Origin: Thecamonas trahens ATCC 50062
Taxonomy: Eukaryota; Protista; Apusomonadida
DNA length: 64,000 nucleotides
Assembly (NCBI RefSeq): GCF_000142905.1
Contig: NW_013657665.1
Span: 459,084-523,083, forward strand
Reading direction: 5' to 3'
Of the stretch, positions 21,388 through 32,472 are shown one piece after another (position 1 is the first letter of the stretch; every line of letters starts with the position of its first letter). The notes beneath the pieces were generated by a model that was not told where the DNA came from, searched no databases, and saw nothing but the letters and a program-made list of their open reading frames with translations. The position numbers and the translations under genes are program-made.

Positions 21388-23805
21388 ATGAGTGGCTGGA
21401 CATGGCGGGGGACATTGGGGCTGGTGGTGGTGGCGGTGGTGGTGATGTTGGTGGAGGCAGGCACGGGTGAGGCAACACGAGTCACAAGGCCTGGCGTCAG
21501 TGACGGGAGTATGCGCGAGGGCCTTGGCGGTGGCGCCGGCGGCAGTGGCACACAGCAGGAACATAGTGATCCGTCGATGTTGGCGTACAAGGTGCTGTCG
21601 CAATTGTTCCTCGATACGGGCGGACCCAGCTGGACGTCTTCGACCAACTGGCTGGCGAACCTGTTTGTGTGCTCATGGGAGGGCGTCCACTGCACGTCAG
21701 GCTTTGAGACGGTCGTCGGGCTTGATCTGAGCAACAACAACCTGGTGGGGAGAATCCCGGCGTATCTGTTTAACATCACCACGCTGAGCTCGATTGACTT
21801 TTCCACCAACGTCCTCCGTGGCACGTTTCCAGACATCTCGGGCACTGCACTGACCACAGTTGCGATCTCCAACAACCAGTTTGACAGCATCGACAACGTT
21901 TTCCTTGCGCCCGCGCTCAACGAGTTGCACGCAAACTACGCGCTTGCGCCACGGGTGGGGCCCCTTCGCCACGTCCCGCGCAACCCGGTCCAGGGCGGCA
22001 GCTCGACCGTGGCGTACCTCTCGCTCCGTGGCAACATGATCACAACCGGCTTTGACCAGGCCTTTCTCAACAGCGTCCCCAGCTTGGAGTTCCTGGACCT
22101 ATCGTTCAACGAGCTGGCGACTCGGATCGATAACCTGACTCTGCCGCAGTTCTTGGACTTTCTGGATTTGAAGTCCAACTCTCTCGTGGGTGGCCTCCCC
22201 AGCAACCTGCCCTTCGGTCAGTTTTATTTGGCGAACAACTCGCTGACGGGCATGATCAGCTACGGCGACGCGCAGACACTGGATCTTTCATTCAATAACT
22301 TTGATGGGGCCCTCAGCGAGGACGTACCGGATACGCTCGTGACGTTTTCGGCCGACCACAACCTGTTGACCGGTCAGATCCCCAACGGGCTGGCATGCTC
22401 GGATACGATCCGTTACTGCGACCTCGGTGGCCAGGAGGGGCCGGAGCCGCTCAAGTGTCCATCGAAGTGCATTAGGAACCATTGCCAAGTCTACCAGTGC
22501 TCGTCGTGTGGCTTGAGCGCGTGCTCGTCATCGGATGAGTGTCAAGAAGCGGGTGGACCGTGTAATCTGTGCATCAACCACAAGTGTCAGGCACCACCGC
22601 CTCCGCCGAGTCCGCCGGCACCGCCTCCGCCACCGGCACCGATTCCGCCGCCGAGTCCACCAAGCCCACCGCCGAGCGCGCATTCGCGCAGCCCGAGCGG
22701 ACTCTCCAAGGGAAAGACGGTGGCTGTGGTTCTTGTGGTGGTTCTTGTGGTGGTTTGCGTCGCTGGGTTTGTGGTTCTCCAGCGAGTGCTCAAGCCTGGC
22801 GGGCGGGCGCGCGGTAGCAGGAGCGGAGGCGAGACGTCGACGCTGCTGCCCAAGCCATCTGTGCTCCAGCAGTACACGTCGAACCTTAACGCGTCGTACA
22901 CGATTGACGAGGTGGATCCGGCAGTGTCGTCGCTATTCATTCCACTGGCGGACATCTCGCTCGGCCCGGAGCTGGGGCGTGGGACGTACGGCTCGGTGTA
23001 CTTTGCGACGTGGAACGGACGGCCGTGCGCGGTGAAGGACATGCGGCTCAACGGCGAGGACGTACAGGTGGCGCTGCACGAGATCGGGGTCATGGCGCAG
23101 CTTCAGCACCCCAACATTGTGGAGTTGTACGGGTTCTCGCGCGGCGACGTGTCGGTATACATTGTGATGGAGTTGGTGGAGGGTGGCTCGCTGCGAGAGT
23201 TTGTTTCGTACGCGGCACAGCATCTCGATCTGGTGATGGCGACCAAGATTGCGATTCTGCAGGAGGTGGTGGCTGGACTGGAGTTTATGCACTCGCACGG
23301 CGTCCTTCACCGTGACATCAAGTCGGCCAACATCCTGCTTCAGATGGAGGGTGACGAGGTGCTTGCCGCCAAACTCGCCGACTTTGGCTTTGCCAAGGTC
23401 CGCGCCGACTCGGGCTCGCTGGCCTCGATCCAGACCATCCGTGGCACGCCGGTGTACATGGCGCCCGAACTGCTGCTGCAGTACTATCAGGGCGCGGCCG
23501 AAGCTTGCTACTCCAAGGCCGCAGACATCTTTTCACTCTCCATTGTCGCGTACGAGATGCTCACCGAGTCAATTCTCTTCCGCGCCAAGCGGTTCTCGGC
23601 GGCCATGACGGCGTCGGGTCGGCGGCCGCCGTTCAACGACGAGTTTGCCACTCGCTACCCGCAGCTTGTCGAGCTCATCTCGCACGCTTGGGCTGCAAAT
23701 CCGGTCGACCGACCGTCAATCTCTGAGTTTGCCGCAGCCCTCGACCTCGTTGCCGAGCAGCTGCCAGCCGACGATGGGCCGCTTCTCCGGCGCGATGACG
23801 TGTGA
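21388..23805 (+). CDS. LRR receptor-like Ser/Thr kinase (signal peptide, LRRNT, LRRs, Cys-rich, Pro-rich, TM, TKL-type kinase)
   Basis: CSWEGVHC cap, LDLSNNNLVGRIP repeats, Val-rich TM, LGRGTYGSV, AVK, HRDIKSANIL, DFG, GTPVYMAPE. Confidence 0.92.
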   Translation: MSGWTWRGTLGLVVVAVVVMLVEAGTGEATRVTRPGVSDGSMREGLGGGAGGSGTQQEHSDPSMLAYKVLSQLFLDTGGPSWTSSTNWLANLFVCSWEGVHCTSGFETVVGLDLSNNNLVGRIPAYLFNITTLSSIDFSTNVLRGTFPDISGTALTTVAISNNQFDSIDNVFLAPALNELHANYALAPRVGPLRHVPRNPVQGGSSTVAYLSLRGNMITTGFDQAFLNSVPSLEFLDLSFNELATRIDNLTLPQFLDFLDLKSNSLVGGLPSNLPFGQFYLANNSLTGMISYGDAQTLDLSFNNFDGALSEDVPDTLVTFSADHNLLTGQIPNGLACSDTIRYCDLGGQEGPEPLKCPSKCIRNHCQVYQCSSCGLSACSSSDECQEAGGPCNLCINHKCQAPPPPPSPPAPPPPPAPIPPPSPPSPPPSAHSRSPSGLSKGKTVAVVLVVVLVVVCVAGFVVLQRVLKPGGRARGSRSGGETSTLLPKPSVLQQYTSNLNASYTIDEVDPAVSSLFIPLADISLGPELGRGTYGSVYFATWNGRPCAVKDMRLNGEDVQVALHEIGVMAQLQHPNIVELYGFSRGDVSVYIVMELVEGGSLREFVSYAAQHLDLVMATKIAILQEVVAGLEFMHSHGVLHRDIKSANILLQMEGDEVLAAKLADFGFAKVRADSGSLASIQTIRGTPVYMAPELLLQYYQGAAEACYSKAADIFSLSIVAYEMLTESILFRAKRFSAAMTASGRRPPFNDEFATRYPQLVELISHAWAANPVDRPSISEFAAALDLVAEQLPADDGPLLRRDDV

Positions 23806-24014
23806 GTGAAGAGTAGGCATGAAAAGGAGCCAAATGAGGGTGTGCCTCGAGTCAAGGCCGACATCATCTATCTCTGGGCGGGAGAGAGGGGAAGGGGTGA
23901 TTGGAGGCACGCAGCCGACCGCCGCCACACAGCCGGCTCGGCACTCGGCACCAAGACTGTGATGACGGTGTGTGCTACTCTCGTCTCCGGGGCCCGAGCC
24001 GAAGGCGCGCCGCC

Positions 24015-25992
24015 ATGTCCATAACCTCGGACGAGCTCAACTACCTTGTGTTCCGGTACTTGTCCGAGTCTGGTACGTAGCATGCGCGAGTGGGTGGAGA
24101 TGGGCTGTTGTGGCTGGTGCAGGGCCGACCAGTGACCTGGTGGCCTGGTGGCCTGGTGGCCTGGAGGGGGGGGAGGATGGGGGGGTAGCAGCCATGGTCG
24201 TATTTTTTTTGAGCCTCTCCGCCTCCTACCGCCATGGCGCCACAGCCCGCAAGACTCCATCCCCAGCATTATGTGCATGGGAGGGGGTGGCCGATGGCAG
24301 TATGCAGGTATGGTGTGCATGGGTATGTCTGAAGGGCGCGTGGCAAGCCGTACGGCCGGCGGCAGGACTCGCCAACGGCGGGCGGAGGAGGAGCGACGGG
24401 TGCAGGCGGAGTGGGGCCCAGCATGCGAGAAGCGGCGGCGCTTGTGGCAAAGGCCGGGCGCAGAGGACGGCGTGCGACTCACGAGACATGCGCTGCGATG
24501 TGGTGTGGTACTCGGCGGTGGGGGGGGGGGGGGTGCGACAGGCTTTGCACACACGGCATACACCTTTGGGCACGAGTCGCTGGTGGCGCGGAGCAACCTC
24601 GACGGGTCTGCGGTGCCGCCCGGGGCGCTGGTGTCATATGTGCAGAAGGGCTTGCAGTATCTGGAGGTGGAGACACACCTGCGGGAAGACGGGTCTGAGA
24701 TCGAGTGCGACGAGCCGTTTGCACTGCTCATGCCGCACCAGTGCAAGGTGAAGAAGCGGCGTCGGCGGCGCAAAGCCGGCGAGGACGGCGGCAAGAGCGA
24801 GGGCGGGGCGGCTGAGGGCGGAGCAGGTGAAGGCGGTGCCGAGAGCAAGCCTGCGGTCAAGGTCGAGGTGGAGGAGGACGATGGCGTGGCAGCGATGGAA
24901 CTGACATCCTCGCTGCCGCACTTTGACATTGCGGTGCGGCCGCCCGAGGCGGAGGAGGTGCTTGCGATGACCGGCCACAAGAAGGACGTGTTTTCGGTTG
25001 CGTTTTGCCCGAAAGACCCGTCGCTCCTGGCATCAGGCTCGGGCGACTCGACGGCGCGACTGTGGGTCCTGCCCGACGAGCTGTCGAGTGGCCTGGGCGA
25101 CAACGCGCAGCGGGAGTTGCGACACGCAGAGAAGCTCAACGACGTTATGGCCATGGCATGGGCACCAGACGGCGGAGTGCTGGCGACAGGTGCGCTCGAC
25201 GGCAACGCACGGCTATGGTCTGCGTCTGGCGAGCTGATGAAGACGCTGAGCGGCCATACACAGCCGATCTTCTCCATCGAATGGTCGCCGTCGTCGTCGC
25301 TTGTGCTCACGGGCTCTGCTGACTGCCGCGCCATCGTGTGGGACGCGGCGTCGGGAGCGATGAAGCAAGAGTATGAGCTGCACTCTGCTCCAACGCTGTC
25401 TGTGGCGTGGCGCGACGAGAACGTGTTTGCCACGTGCTCGTCGGACCGGTCGATCTATCTGTGCGAGGTTGGCAACGCACGCCCGTTGGTTCAGTTCTAC
25501 GGACACCACGACGAGGTCAACAACATTGCGTTTGACCCGACAGGTCAACTGCTTGCCAGTTGCTCGGACGACCACACCGCCAAGATCTGGACGGCGTCGT
25601 CAGAGACTTGCGTCCTTGACCTCAACGCGCACCGGATGGAGATCTTTACAGTTGCTTGGTCGCCGCTGGCCACGTCGGGCGCGCAGCTGCTTGCCACAGC
25701 CTCGCAGGACTCTACGGTCAAGATATGGGACATTACCGCCAAGCGGTGTCTCTACGACCTCACCGACCACACAGACTCTGTGTACTCGGTCAAGTTCTCG
25801 CCCGACGGCCGCTACGTTGCCACCGGCTCGACCGACGCCACCGTCAAGATCTGGAGCGTGACTGACGGCTCGCTCGTCCGGTCGTACTCATCCGACGGTG
25901 GTATTTTTGAGGTCACCTGGGCGCCCGACGGCTCCCGCATTGCCTCTGCCCATGCCAACGGCTCGGTTGTTGTTTTGGATGTCCGCAAATAA
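24015..25992 (+). CDS. TBL1X: TBL1/TBL1XR1/Sif2-like LisH + WD40 corepressor subunit; intron 24073-24541
   Basis: Spliced [32 protein letters not shown]...VPPGALVSYVQKGLQYLE; LASGSGDSTARLW; LLASCSDDHTAKIW; GGIFEVTW. Confidence 0.93.
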
Positions 25993-26132
25993 AAGGTGTT
26001 GTACTCGTTCCAGTGATCGGTGGCTGTGTGGGTGCGTGCCTTGCCAGCAGCCACTCCACTCCACTCCCGCGTCGGCACTCCCCCCCCCCCACCCCACCCC
26101 CATCCAGTCTCACGCATAACCTCCGCTGCGCC

Positions 26133-27281
26133 ATGAGCGAGAGTCTCAGCCCAACACAGGCGCGCAGTGTCGACGTGCTCGCGCGGGCCAAGCTGCTGCT
26201 CCAGACAACGGCAACGCCGCGCAACACGCCGCCGCCTTCGCACCTGCCGCCGTCGTCGCCGGCTGTGGCGGGTGCTCTGGCCTCGGCTGCCGCCGCCAGC
26301 GGCGCTCCGCTTGGCCGTCGCAACTCGGTCCTGGCTCGTATGGAGCTCGAGCCGCTGCCACAGGACGCGCTCAAGGCCTCGCGCTTCTTGGCCATGGCGA
26401 CACTCTCGTCGCCGCCCGCCCGCCGCCACGCTGCTGCCGCCGCTGCTGCCGCTGCTACCACTGCTGCCGCACCCACTCCCGCATCCGTCACGTCCTCACC
26501 CGAGTCGGCCACCCCAGGCTTTGATCACGCACTGGATCTGTCGACAGACACGCCCGGCGCGCGGCTGGAGGAGACCCGGTCTGGCGGCGGCCCGCTGACG
26601 CCGGCCACCCAGGAGGTCCTGGCCCGCGCTACTCGCGCCATCCACGGCCCGCCGGCGTTGCCGGCAGCGCAGGATCAGCGCTGGGCAAAGTCATACTCGC
26701 CGCGCTCGCCGCGCTCGCCACGGTCGCCACGGACGTCGACGCCGCTGCGGTTTGGGGCAGCGTCGCCTATTCTGCCAGCTAGCACGAGCCCAAGTGGGCG
26801 GCGGACGGCGTCGCGGTCGCTGGCGATGATGACCTCAATCCGTGCTGGCGAGCGCGCAGCCAAGCACGGGCCCGAGTATGCTGAGCTTTCGCGGCGACTT
26901 GCGGCGGCCGAGAAGCAGCTGAGCATCAACAAGGAACAGTTCCACCAGGTCCAGGACACGCTGCAGTCATCGATGGTCTCGCTCGGCAGTCTGCAGTCCA
27001 AGGCCGAGCTGCATGCCTCACGCCGGCGTGGGCTTGAGCTTGATTCGTCGGCCGGACCGCTCACCGCCTCATCGCTTGAGCGCGACGCACCGGCAAGCAT
27101 CGCTGCCGACACCGAGGCGGTCTCCGAACCGTCGCTTGCCGAAGTGCTCGCCGAGCTACAGGCGACGCAGGCGCTGGTTCTCGAGCAGCAGACCGCGCTG
27201 GCTGCAGCGCTGGCCAAGATCGATAAGCTCAGCTCGCGGGTGCAAGGAATGACAAGCAACGGATCCGCGAATGGGCAGTAA
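26133..27281 (+). CDS. Hypothetical protein, SP/TP-rich with C-terminal coiled coils
   Basis: 382-codon ORF with typical codon usage, SPRSPRSPR repeats and heptad segments. Confidence 0.65.
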   Translation: MSESLSPTQARSVDVLARAKLLLQTTATPRNTPPPSHLPPSSPAVAGALASAAAASGAPLGRRNSVLARMELEPLPQDALKASRFLAMATLSSPPARRHAAAAAAAAATTAAAPTPASVTSSPESATPGFDHALDLSTDTPGARLEETRSGGGPLTPATQEVLARATRAIHGPPALPAAQDQRWAKSYSPRSPRSPRSPRTSTPLRFGAASPILPASTSPSGRRTASRSLAMMTSIRAGERAAKHGPEYAELSRRLAAAEKQLSINKEQFHQVQDTLQSSMVSLGSLQSKAELHASRRRGLELDSSAGPLTASSLERDAPASIAADTEAVSEPSLAEVLAELQATQALVLEQQTALAAALAKIDKLSSRVQGMTSNGSANGQ

Positions 27282-27307
27282 AGCCAGCGTGGTTTGGTGG
27301 GGCATGT

Positions 27308-27793
27308 TCATTGTCTGGAGGAGTGGGCCCGCGAGTGAGAGCGGGAGCGGGCTCGGGCGCGTAGGCGGGCGTGGACAATGGGGGTAGCGGCGAGAGTGAG
27401 CGGGAGGCGGAGCGGGAGGGTGGCTTTGTACACGATGTAGGCAGCGGCAGCGGTCGAGGCCGCGCCGACGGTCTGGGCCGAGACAGGCGAGTCATCGCCG
27501 AGGAGGGCGTCGAGGGCGAGCCAGTCGGCCACGTCGCCTGGTGAGCAGCCGAGGCGCAGCAGCGAGTATACGGCCGAGTAGGAGACAACCGAGATGGCCA
27601 GATGGACCGCTACCCCGGTCGTGCCATACGTTTTGAGCATCCGCGTCAGCTGCGCCCGCTTGCTCTCGCCAGCTGCAGGCCCAGTCTCCGGTTCAGAGGC
27701 AGGCCGGGCAGCCGCAGCCATGGCACGGGCCATGTCGCGCACACTCGGGCCTGCTGCCAGTCGGCCTACAGCCAGTGTGGCGGACCGCAGCAT
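27308..27793 (-). CDS. FAM210/DUF1279-like mitochondrial membrane protein
   Basis: Arg/Ala-rich presequence; LKTYGTTGVAVHLAIS...AAYIVYKATLPLRLPLTLAATP. Confidence 0.8.
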   Translation of the reverse strand: MLRSATLAVGRLAAGPSVRDMARAMAAAARPASEPETGPAAGESKRAQLTRMLKTYGTTGVAVHLAISVVSYSAVYSLLRLGCSPGDVADWLALDALLGDDSPVSAQTVGAASTAAAAYIVYKATLPLRLPLTLAATPIVHARLRARARSRSHSRAHSSRQ

Positions 27794-27908
27794 GGTATCG
27801 AGTGTGATGGGGAGAGGAGTGGGGGCAGGGGCGGGGCGGGGCGGTGCCCTGCTGTGAACCCGCGTGACGTCTCGACGCACCCGCACAACACTGTAGGCGA
27901 TTCAATGG

Positions 27909-30194
27909 TCAGGCGTCGGATGACTCCTCGTAGGTGTAGACTGAGGCACCGGAAGAGGAGGCGGAGCTCAGTGGAAGGTAATCATCATCGACGGCGAGAT
28001 CATGGCCGACAAGGACCGAGATACTTGTGTTCGCCTTGGTGCCGCCGTGGCGGAGGAGGGTAGCAAACGAGGCAGTCGCAGACGGCGTGACGATGCGGTA
28101 GTCGGACGGAGCGTGCTCAAAGCGCTGCAGGATGAGCAGGATGTCACCAACCTGAGACGCAAGGTCTGGCTCGGCCTTGTCGCCGTGCCAGACAAGGACC
28201 ATGCGACCGTCGCGGCCGAGAGCGGCGCGGCCGGTGTAGCGCGTGTCCCAGAACGCAATGTAGACAGCGCGGGGGTCGAGAACGATCGGAAGCTCCGGGC
28301 CGTGCGGCGAGCGGGCGGCGGCCCAGTAGTCGTCAAGATAGACAAACTTGGCGACGATGTAGCCTGGGTCGTGACCACGGTCCTGCGGCGCGAGGCGGAA
28401 GAGCGCCGGCTGTGTCGGGGTCGGCGCCTCGGCAGTCGGCTGCCATGTCACTCGCGCCCGCCACTCGAGGAGCTGGAAGACAAAGCCGGCGTTGGGATCG
28501 GCGACCGGGCGAATGGCCTTGATCTTGGCGGCCGCAGGCTCGTAGTCCATGTCGAGAGTGTGCATGAGGTATGCGGTGGCGAGAGCTATCGACCGCGAGA
28601 CGCCCTGCGAGCAGTGCAGGAAGCAAGCGCCGCCCTCGGCAGCGATCTCGTCGACGTACTCGATGACGTCGTAAATGACTGACGTGATGTCCTGCGACGG
28701 ATCGTCGAAGAGCGGGAGCGCCCAGTACTCAAACGGCGCGTCGTCGGCGTCTTCAAACACGTTGGCGCACACCATGGGCGCCACGTTGATGACGTTGGTC
28801 ACGCCGGCAGCCTCCAACAGCTCGCGGTTACTGGAAGCCTCGGCCGAGCCGACAAAGAGGCCTGGCGCAACAGGCGCGACTTGCAGCGCAAACTCGACAA
28901 GCTCCTCCGACTTGCGGGCGGTGATTGAGACGCCGGCATCGCCGAGCGAGTGCCGTATGTTGGTAAGGTCGAGCCGAGGGAGGTCTCCATCGCCGCCAGC
29001 CTCCTCGGCTTGCCGGGCAGGCTCAAGCGGAGCCATGGCCTGCGGCGTTCCCATCCCGCCCGGTGATTCAGACGGAGTTGCCTGGTCATCCATGCCCAGG
29101 CGGGCTACGGGCAGGACCGAAAGCATGGGCAGAATCGCTCCGCGCGAAGAGGCAGTCGATGGTGACTTGGCAACGGCTTCGTGCGGCGCAGTCGCCGCCC
29201 GCACCGCCGACGCCGCCACAAACAGCGTAGCAGCAAGGAGGCAGGCGAGAGCAGCAATGTGGATGCCAATGGCGCACCATACAAGGATAAGCGATGCAAG
29301 CCGCGAAGGGAGCTCGCTCTCGCTTCGGGCGAGAAACACCACAAAGGTGAGCGCGGTTGCACGTGCACCCCAGCTAACGCATGCGAGGATGTTGTAGGCA
29401 GGCAGCGTGTACGGGCGAACGACGACGAGAGCAAGCGTAACCAGCCATGCCAGAACCAGCAAGGTAATTGTCAGTGGCAGGGCGTGGTTGGCGCCTTGCA
29501 ATCCGCACGCCAGCGCCAGCGAGAGCATATGAACGCCGAGTACACCCGCGCCAAAGCCGCGGGTCTCGGATCTCAGCGGAAGATCGGGAGCGTCGCCAAG
29601 ATAGGCCAGCAAGGCAAGAGCAACGGCTGCAAAGAGAACAACCAGCATTGCAAACACACCGGGTACGCTGGCGAGAGCAAGGCCGCTGCCACGAGCGACA
29701 AGGCCGAGGACAAACGAGGCAGCGGCGAGGAGCCCGGCGGCGAGCAGGGCAAGCCAGCGCAGGGCGGCGGAGCGGAGGGCAGGCAAGCGGAGCGGCAACG
29801 GAGTCAGCGCAAACACGCCTGCCATGATGATGGCAACAAGGCATGTGAGGAGGGCGGCGTTGGCCAGCGCTGAGAGGAGAAAGTTCCCGTTGGGCGCCAT
29901 GCCGGTGTCGAGGGCATACCAGGCGACGCCGCGGGGCGAGCCGGTCGATGGCGAGGTGTCTGTGTAGAAGAGCGGGAACCAGCTGAGCGACCAGCCGAGC
30001 GCCGAGGTAAACGACTTTACATGCCACCCGGCGTAGACAGCCCGCGACAGCGGAAGCATACCCACGCCCGCCGCGCCCTGTGCCGCCGCCACCAGGGCAG
30101 CAGCTGCTGCTGCCGCCGCACCCGCGCCTTGCCTTCCCAGCGTCTGCTGCCCAGAGTGCGCAGCACCGTATCCTTCCTCTGGCCCGTCCTCCAT
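27909..30194 (-). CDS. Multi-pass membrane domain fused to a dual-specificity (plant MKP1-like) phosphatase
   Basis: About 7-8 hydrophobic segments, then LFVGS...GVTNVIN...LFDDPSQDI...FLHCSQGVSRS...ADPNAGF and LFRLAPQ...IVAK...LDPRAVYI...VWHG. Confidence 0.85.
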   Translation of the reverse strand: MEDGPEEGYGAAHSGQQTLGRQGAGAAAAAAAALVAAAQGAAGVGMLPLSRAVYAGWHVKSFTSALGWSLSWFPLFYTDTSPSTGSPRGVAWYALDTGMAPNGNFLLSALANAALLTCLVAIIMAGVFALTPLPLRLPALRSAALRWLALLAAGLLAAASFVLGLVARGSGLALASVPGVFAMLVVLFAAVALALLAYLGDAPDLPLRSETRGFGAGVLGVHMLSLALACGLQGANHALPLTITLLVLAWLVTLALVVVRPYTLPAYNILACVSWGARATALTFVVFLARSESELPSRLASLILVWCAIGIHIAALACLLAATLFVAASAVRAATAPHEAVAKSPSTASSRGAILPMLSVLPVARLGMDDQATPSESPGGMGTPQAMAPLEPARQAEEAGGDGDLPRLDLTNIRHSLGDAGVSITARKSEELVEFALQVAPVAPGLFVGSAEASSNRELLEAAGVTNVINVAPMVCANVFEDADDAPFEYWALPLFDDPSQDITSVIYDVIEYVDEIAAEGGACFLHCSQGVSRSIALATAYLMHTLDMDYEPAAAKIKAIRPVADPNAGFVFQLLEWRARVTWQPTAEAPTPTQPALFRLAPQDRGHDPGYIVAKFVYLDDYWAAARSPHGPELPIVLDPRAVYIAFWDTRYTGRAALGRDGRMVLVWHGDKAEPDLASQVGDILLILQRFEHAPSDYRIVTPSATASFATLLRHGGTKANTSISVLVGHDLAVDDDYLPLSSASSSGASVYTYEESSDA

Positions 30195-30461
30195 GCCCGC
30201 TGCAGTGGGTGGGGTGGGTTGGGAGAGGGGTGAGGAGGTGGAGGCGGCGGGGTGGGCTTGTGTGTGGGCGGTGGGCGGCTGACGGGTTTGGCTGGGTGTT
30301 GGCGGGACCCGCCGCAGACCATTTGGCTCATTCGGCACTCCCGCTTTGATCGGTGGCGGTTGGATGGGGATGGCGATGGGGATGAGGGTGTATGTATGTG
30401 TGGGGAGGTGGTGGGGCGAGGTGGTGGGGAGTAGGCGAGGGCTAGGGCAGGGGATGAGTGA

Positions 30462-30623
30462 TCATTGCTGCCGACGAAGATCAGTGGCGACGGCGATGAC
30501 GTGGTCAAGGGCGCGTGCGTCGAGGTCGTGAAGGAGAGTGACGATGGCGTTGACCACGTTGGCAGAGGGTGGAGGTGGCCCGGGTGGGCCACGGACGGTT
30601 GGACGGGCCACGGGCGGGCGCAG

Positions 30624-30656
<33 letters not shown>

Positions 30657-31371
30657 GCAGGTGCAAGCCCAGGCCCGGGGCCGGGGCAGATGGATGAGCC
30701 GTGCGTGGGCGGATGGTCGCCAGGCCGCGTGCAGCAGTGTGGGTTGTAGGCGAGGCTAGACCGGCGTTGTGGCGCGCGGCTTCGGCGCGGCGCTTCTGCT
30801 CCATGTACGCCGCGAGCGGCGAACTCATGCCAGAGGCTGATGATGGCGTGCCGGCCGAGGTCCGCGGCCGAGCTGGGGGGATGGCCAGCGGGGGGATAGG
30901 CGCCTGGCGAGGACGCGACGCGGTGGGCGCGGGTGCACGTGGGTGAGCGGGCGCGGAGGCCGAGCCTGCGAGGTGGGCGGCAACCTCATCGGGCGTCACC
31001 TCTGTGTTGTCGAGCCGGGTCAGATTCGGGAGAATGCGCAGGACGCGGGCACGGTAGTCGGGCGTGTCGGCGCATGGGTTGTCCCACAGCCAGAGGACTC
31101 GCAAGTGTGAGAGTGTGGCAAGATGCTCGACCTCGGCCAGATCAGCGACGTCGTTGTTGCGCAGGTAGAGCTCCTTGAGCTGCGGGCATTGGGCAAAGAC
31201 CGCCAGCGACGAGATGTGGTTGACCGAGAGCGAGAGGACCTCGACCCGGGGACACCGGGCAAGGATCGAGACATCGCTTAGGTCCGAGCCCCACAGGTTG
31301 ATCTTGGTGACGTCTTTAAGGCTCTGGGCCCGCGTCTTCTGTAGGACCAGATGCTTGGAGAGCGTGGTCAT
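30462..31371 (-). CDS. CFAP410: CFAP410/C21orf2 ciliary LRR protein; indels in the PA-repeat linker (about 30600-30690) put the C-terminal domain in another frame
   Basis: INLWGSDLSDVSIL...VEVLSLSVNHISSL...ELYLRNN...LWLWDNPC...YR...LPNLTRLDN; +1 frame gives NVVNAIVTLLHDLDARALDHV, stop at 30462-30464. Confidence 0.88.
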
Positions 31372-32400
31372 GGTTGCCGGGTCAGGTGTGTGTGAGAGCG
31401 AGAGAGAGAGAGAGAGAGCGTGTGTGTGTGTGTGCAGAAAGGTGGTGTGTGGCAGACTGGAGAAGGTTCAGAGGCCAAGTATAGCCGTGTAGGCGGGTGG
31501 TGTAGTCTGTGGCTGCCTCTCGCTGTCTCTCTGCCGCAGCTGCAGTGGGCAGCGTGAGTCGGGTTGGTGACGGCGTGGCATGACACAGTTCGGCCGACAA
31601 AAAGGCGCCAAAGTTGGCCATGCTTCGGACGTCGCGTCGGCGTGCTGCAACGGGCGGCCAAGCCTGCTCGGAAGCTGAAAGAAGAGATGTTGGACAGTTT
31701 GATGAGATGTATGCGCTCCTTACATTGCAGAAAACGCAAGGCGGTAAGTCTCGAGGGGATGTCAGTGGCCCTCACCGCATGTATATGCTCCTCGTCGTGC
31801 TGCGGCGCGTCGTGCCGTAAACGGGATTGCTTTGTCCACGCCGTGGAGAACAAGCTTCGCGCCGCCTGCTGCTGCGGCACCAAGAGAGGGGAAGAATTTG
31901 CAACACAAGATGCCAACCGACGGTGGGCGACCAAGGTGACGTACAGTGGCATACACCTCTCGGAGAATGTAAGTTGAAGAGAAGGGGAGGAGGTACTTGA
32001 GCAGAAGAGTGAATGCACAGAGCGGAAGATGCATTCTTATGCACACGGCCTGTCCTGACAGACTTGATGCGCTCCAGGGACGGGGGTAGGGGAGCTTTCG
32101 TGTGACACGTGGGTTTGTCGACGGAGGCATGGAAGGAAGCTTTTTTTTTGGCCTCCGAGCCTTCCTCCTCCCGGCATTCCTCCTTGCTAGGACCACCCCA
32201 TTTCAAGCACATAGCGTCGCTTGACGTGTGATAGTCCTCGGTTGGAGCAGGGCTTTCAGCTGAGACGTGAGCTTCTGTGGTAGGCCGAGGGTGTGACTTT
32301 GAGGGAGGTCACTTTTGGGTGGGTCACTTCCGGGCTGCCAGCAAGCTGTTTTTTTTTGCGTTGTCGAACAAACACCCCCCCCCCCATACACAGACACACA

Positions 32401-32403
<3 letters not shown>

Positions 32404-32469
<66 letters not shown>
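32404..32469. repeat. (CT)n microsatellite
   Basis: About 33 CT units directly upstream of the ATG at 32476. Confidence 0.95.

Positions 32470-32472
<3 letters not shown>

Noticed and set aside
31564-31977. 137-aa Cys-rich ORF
   Set aside because: Non-ATG start, atypical codon usage and no recognisable motif
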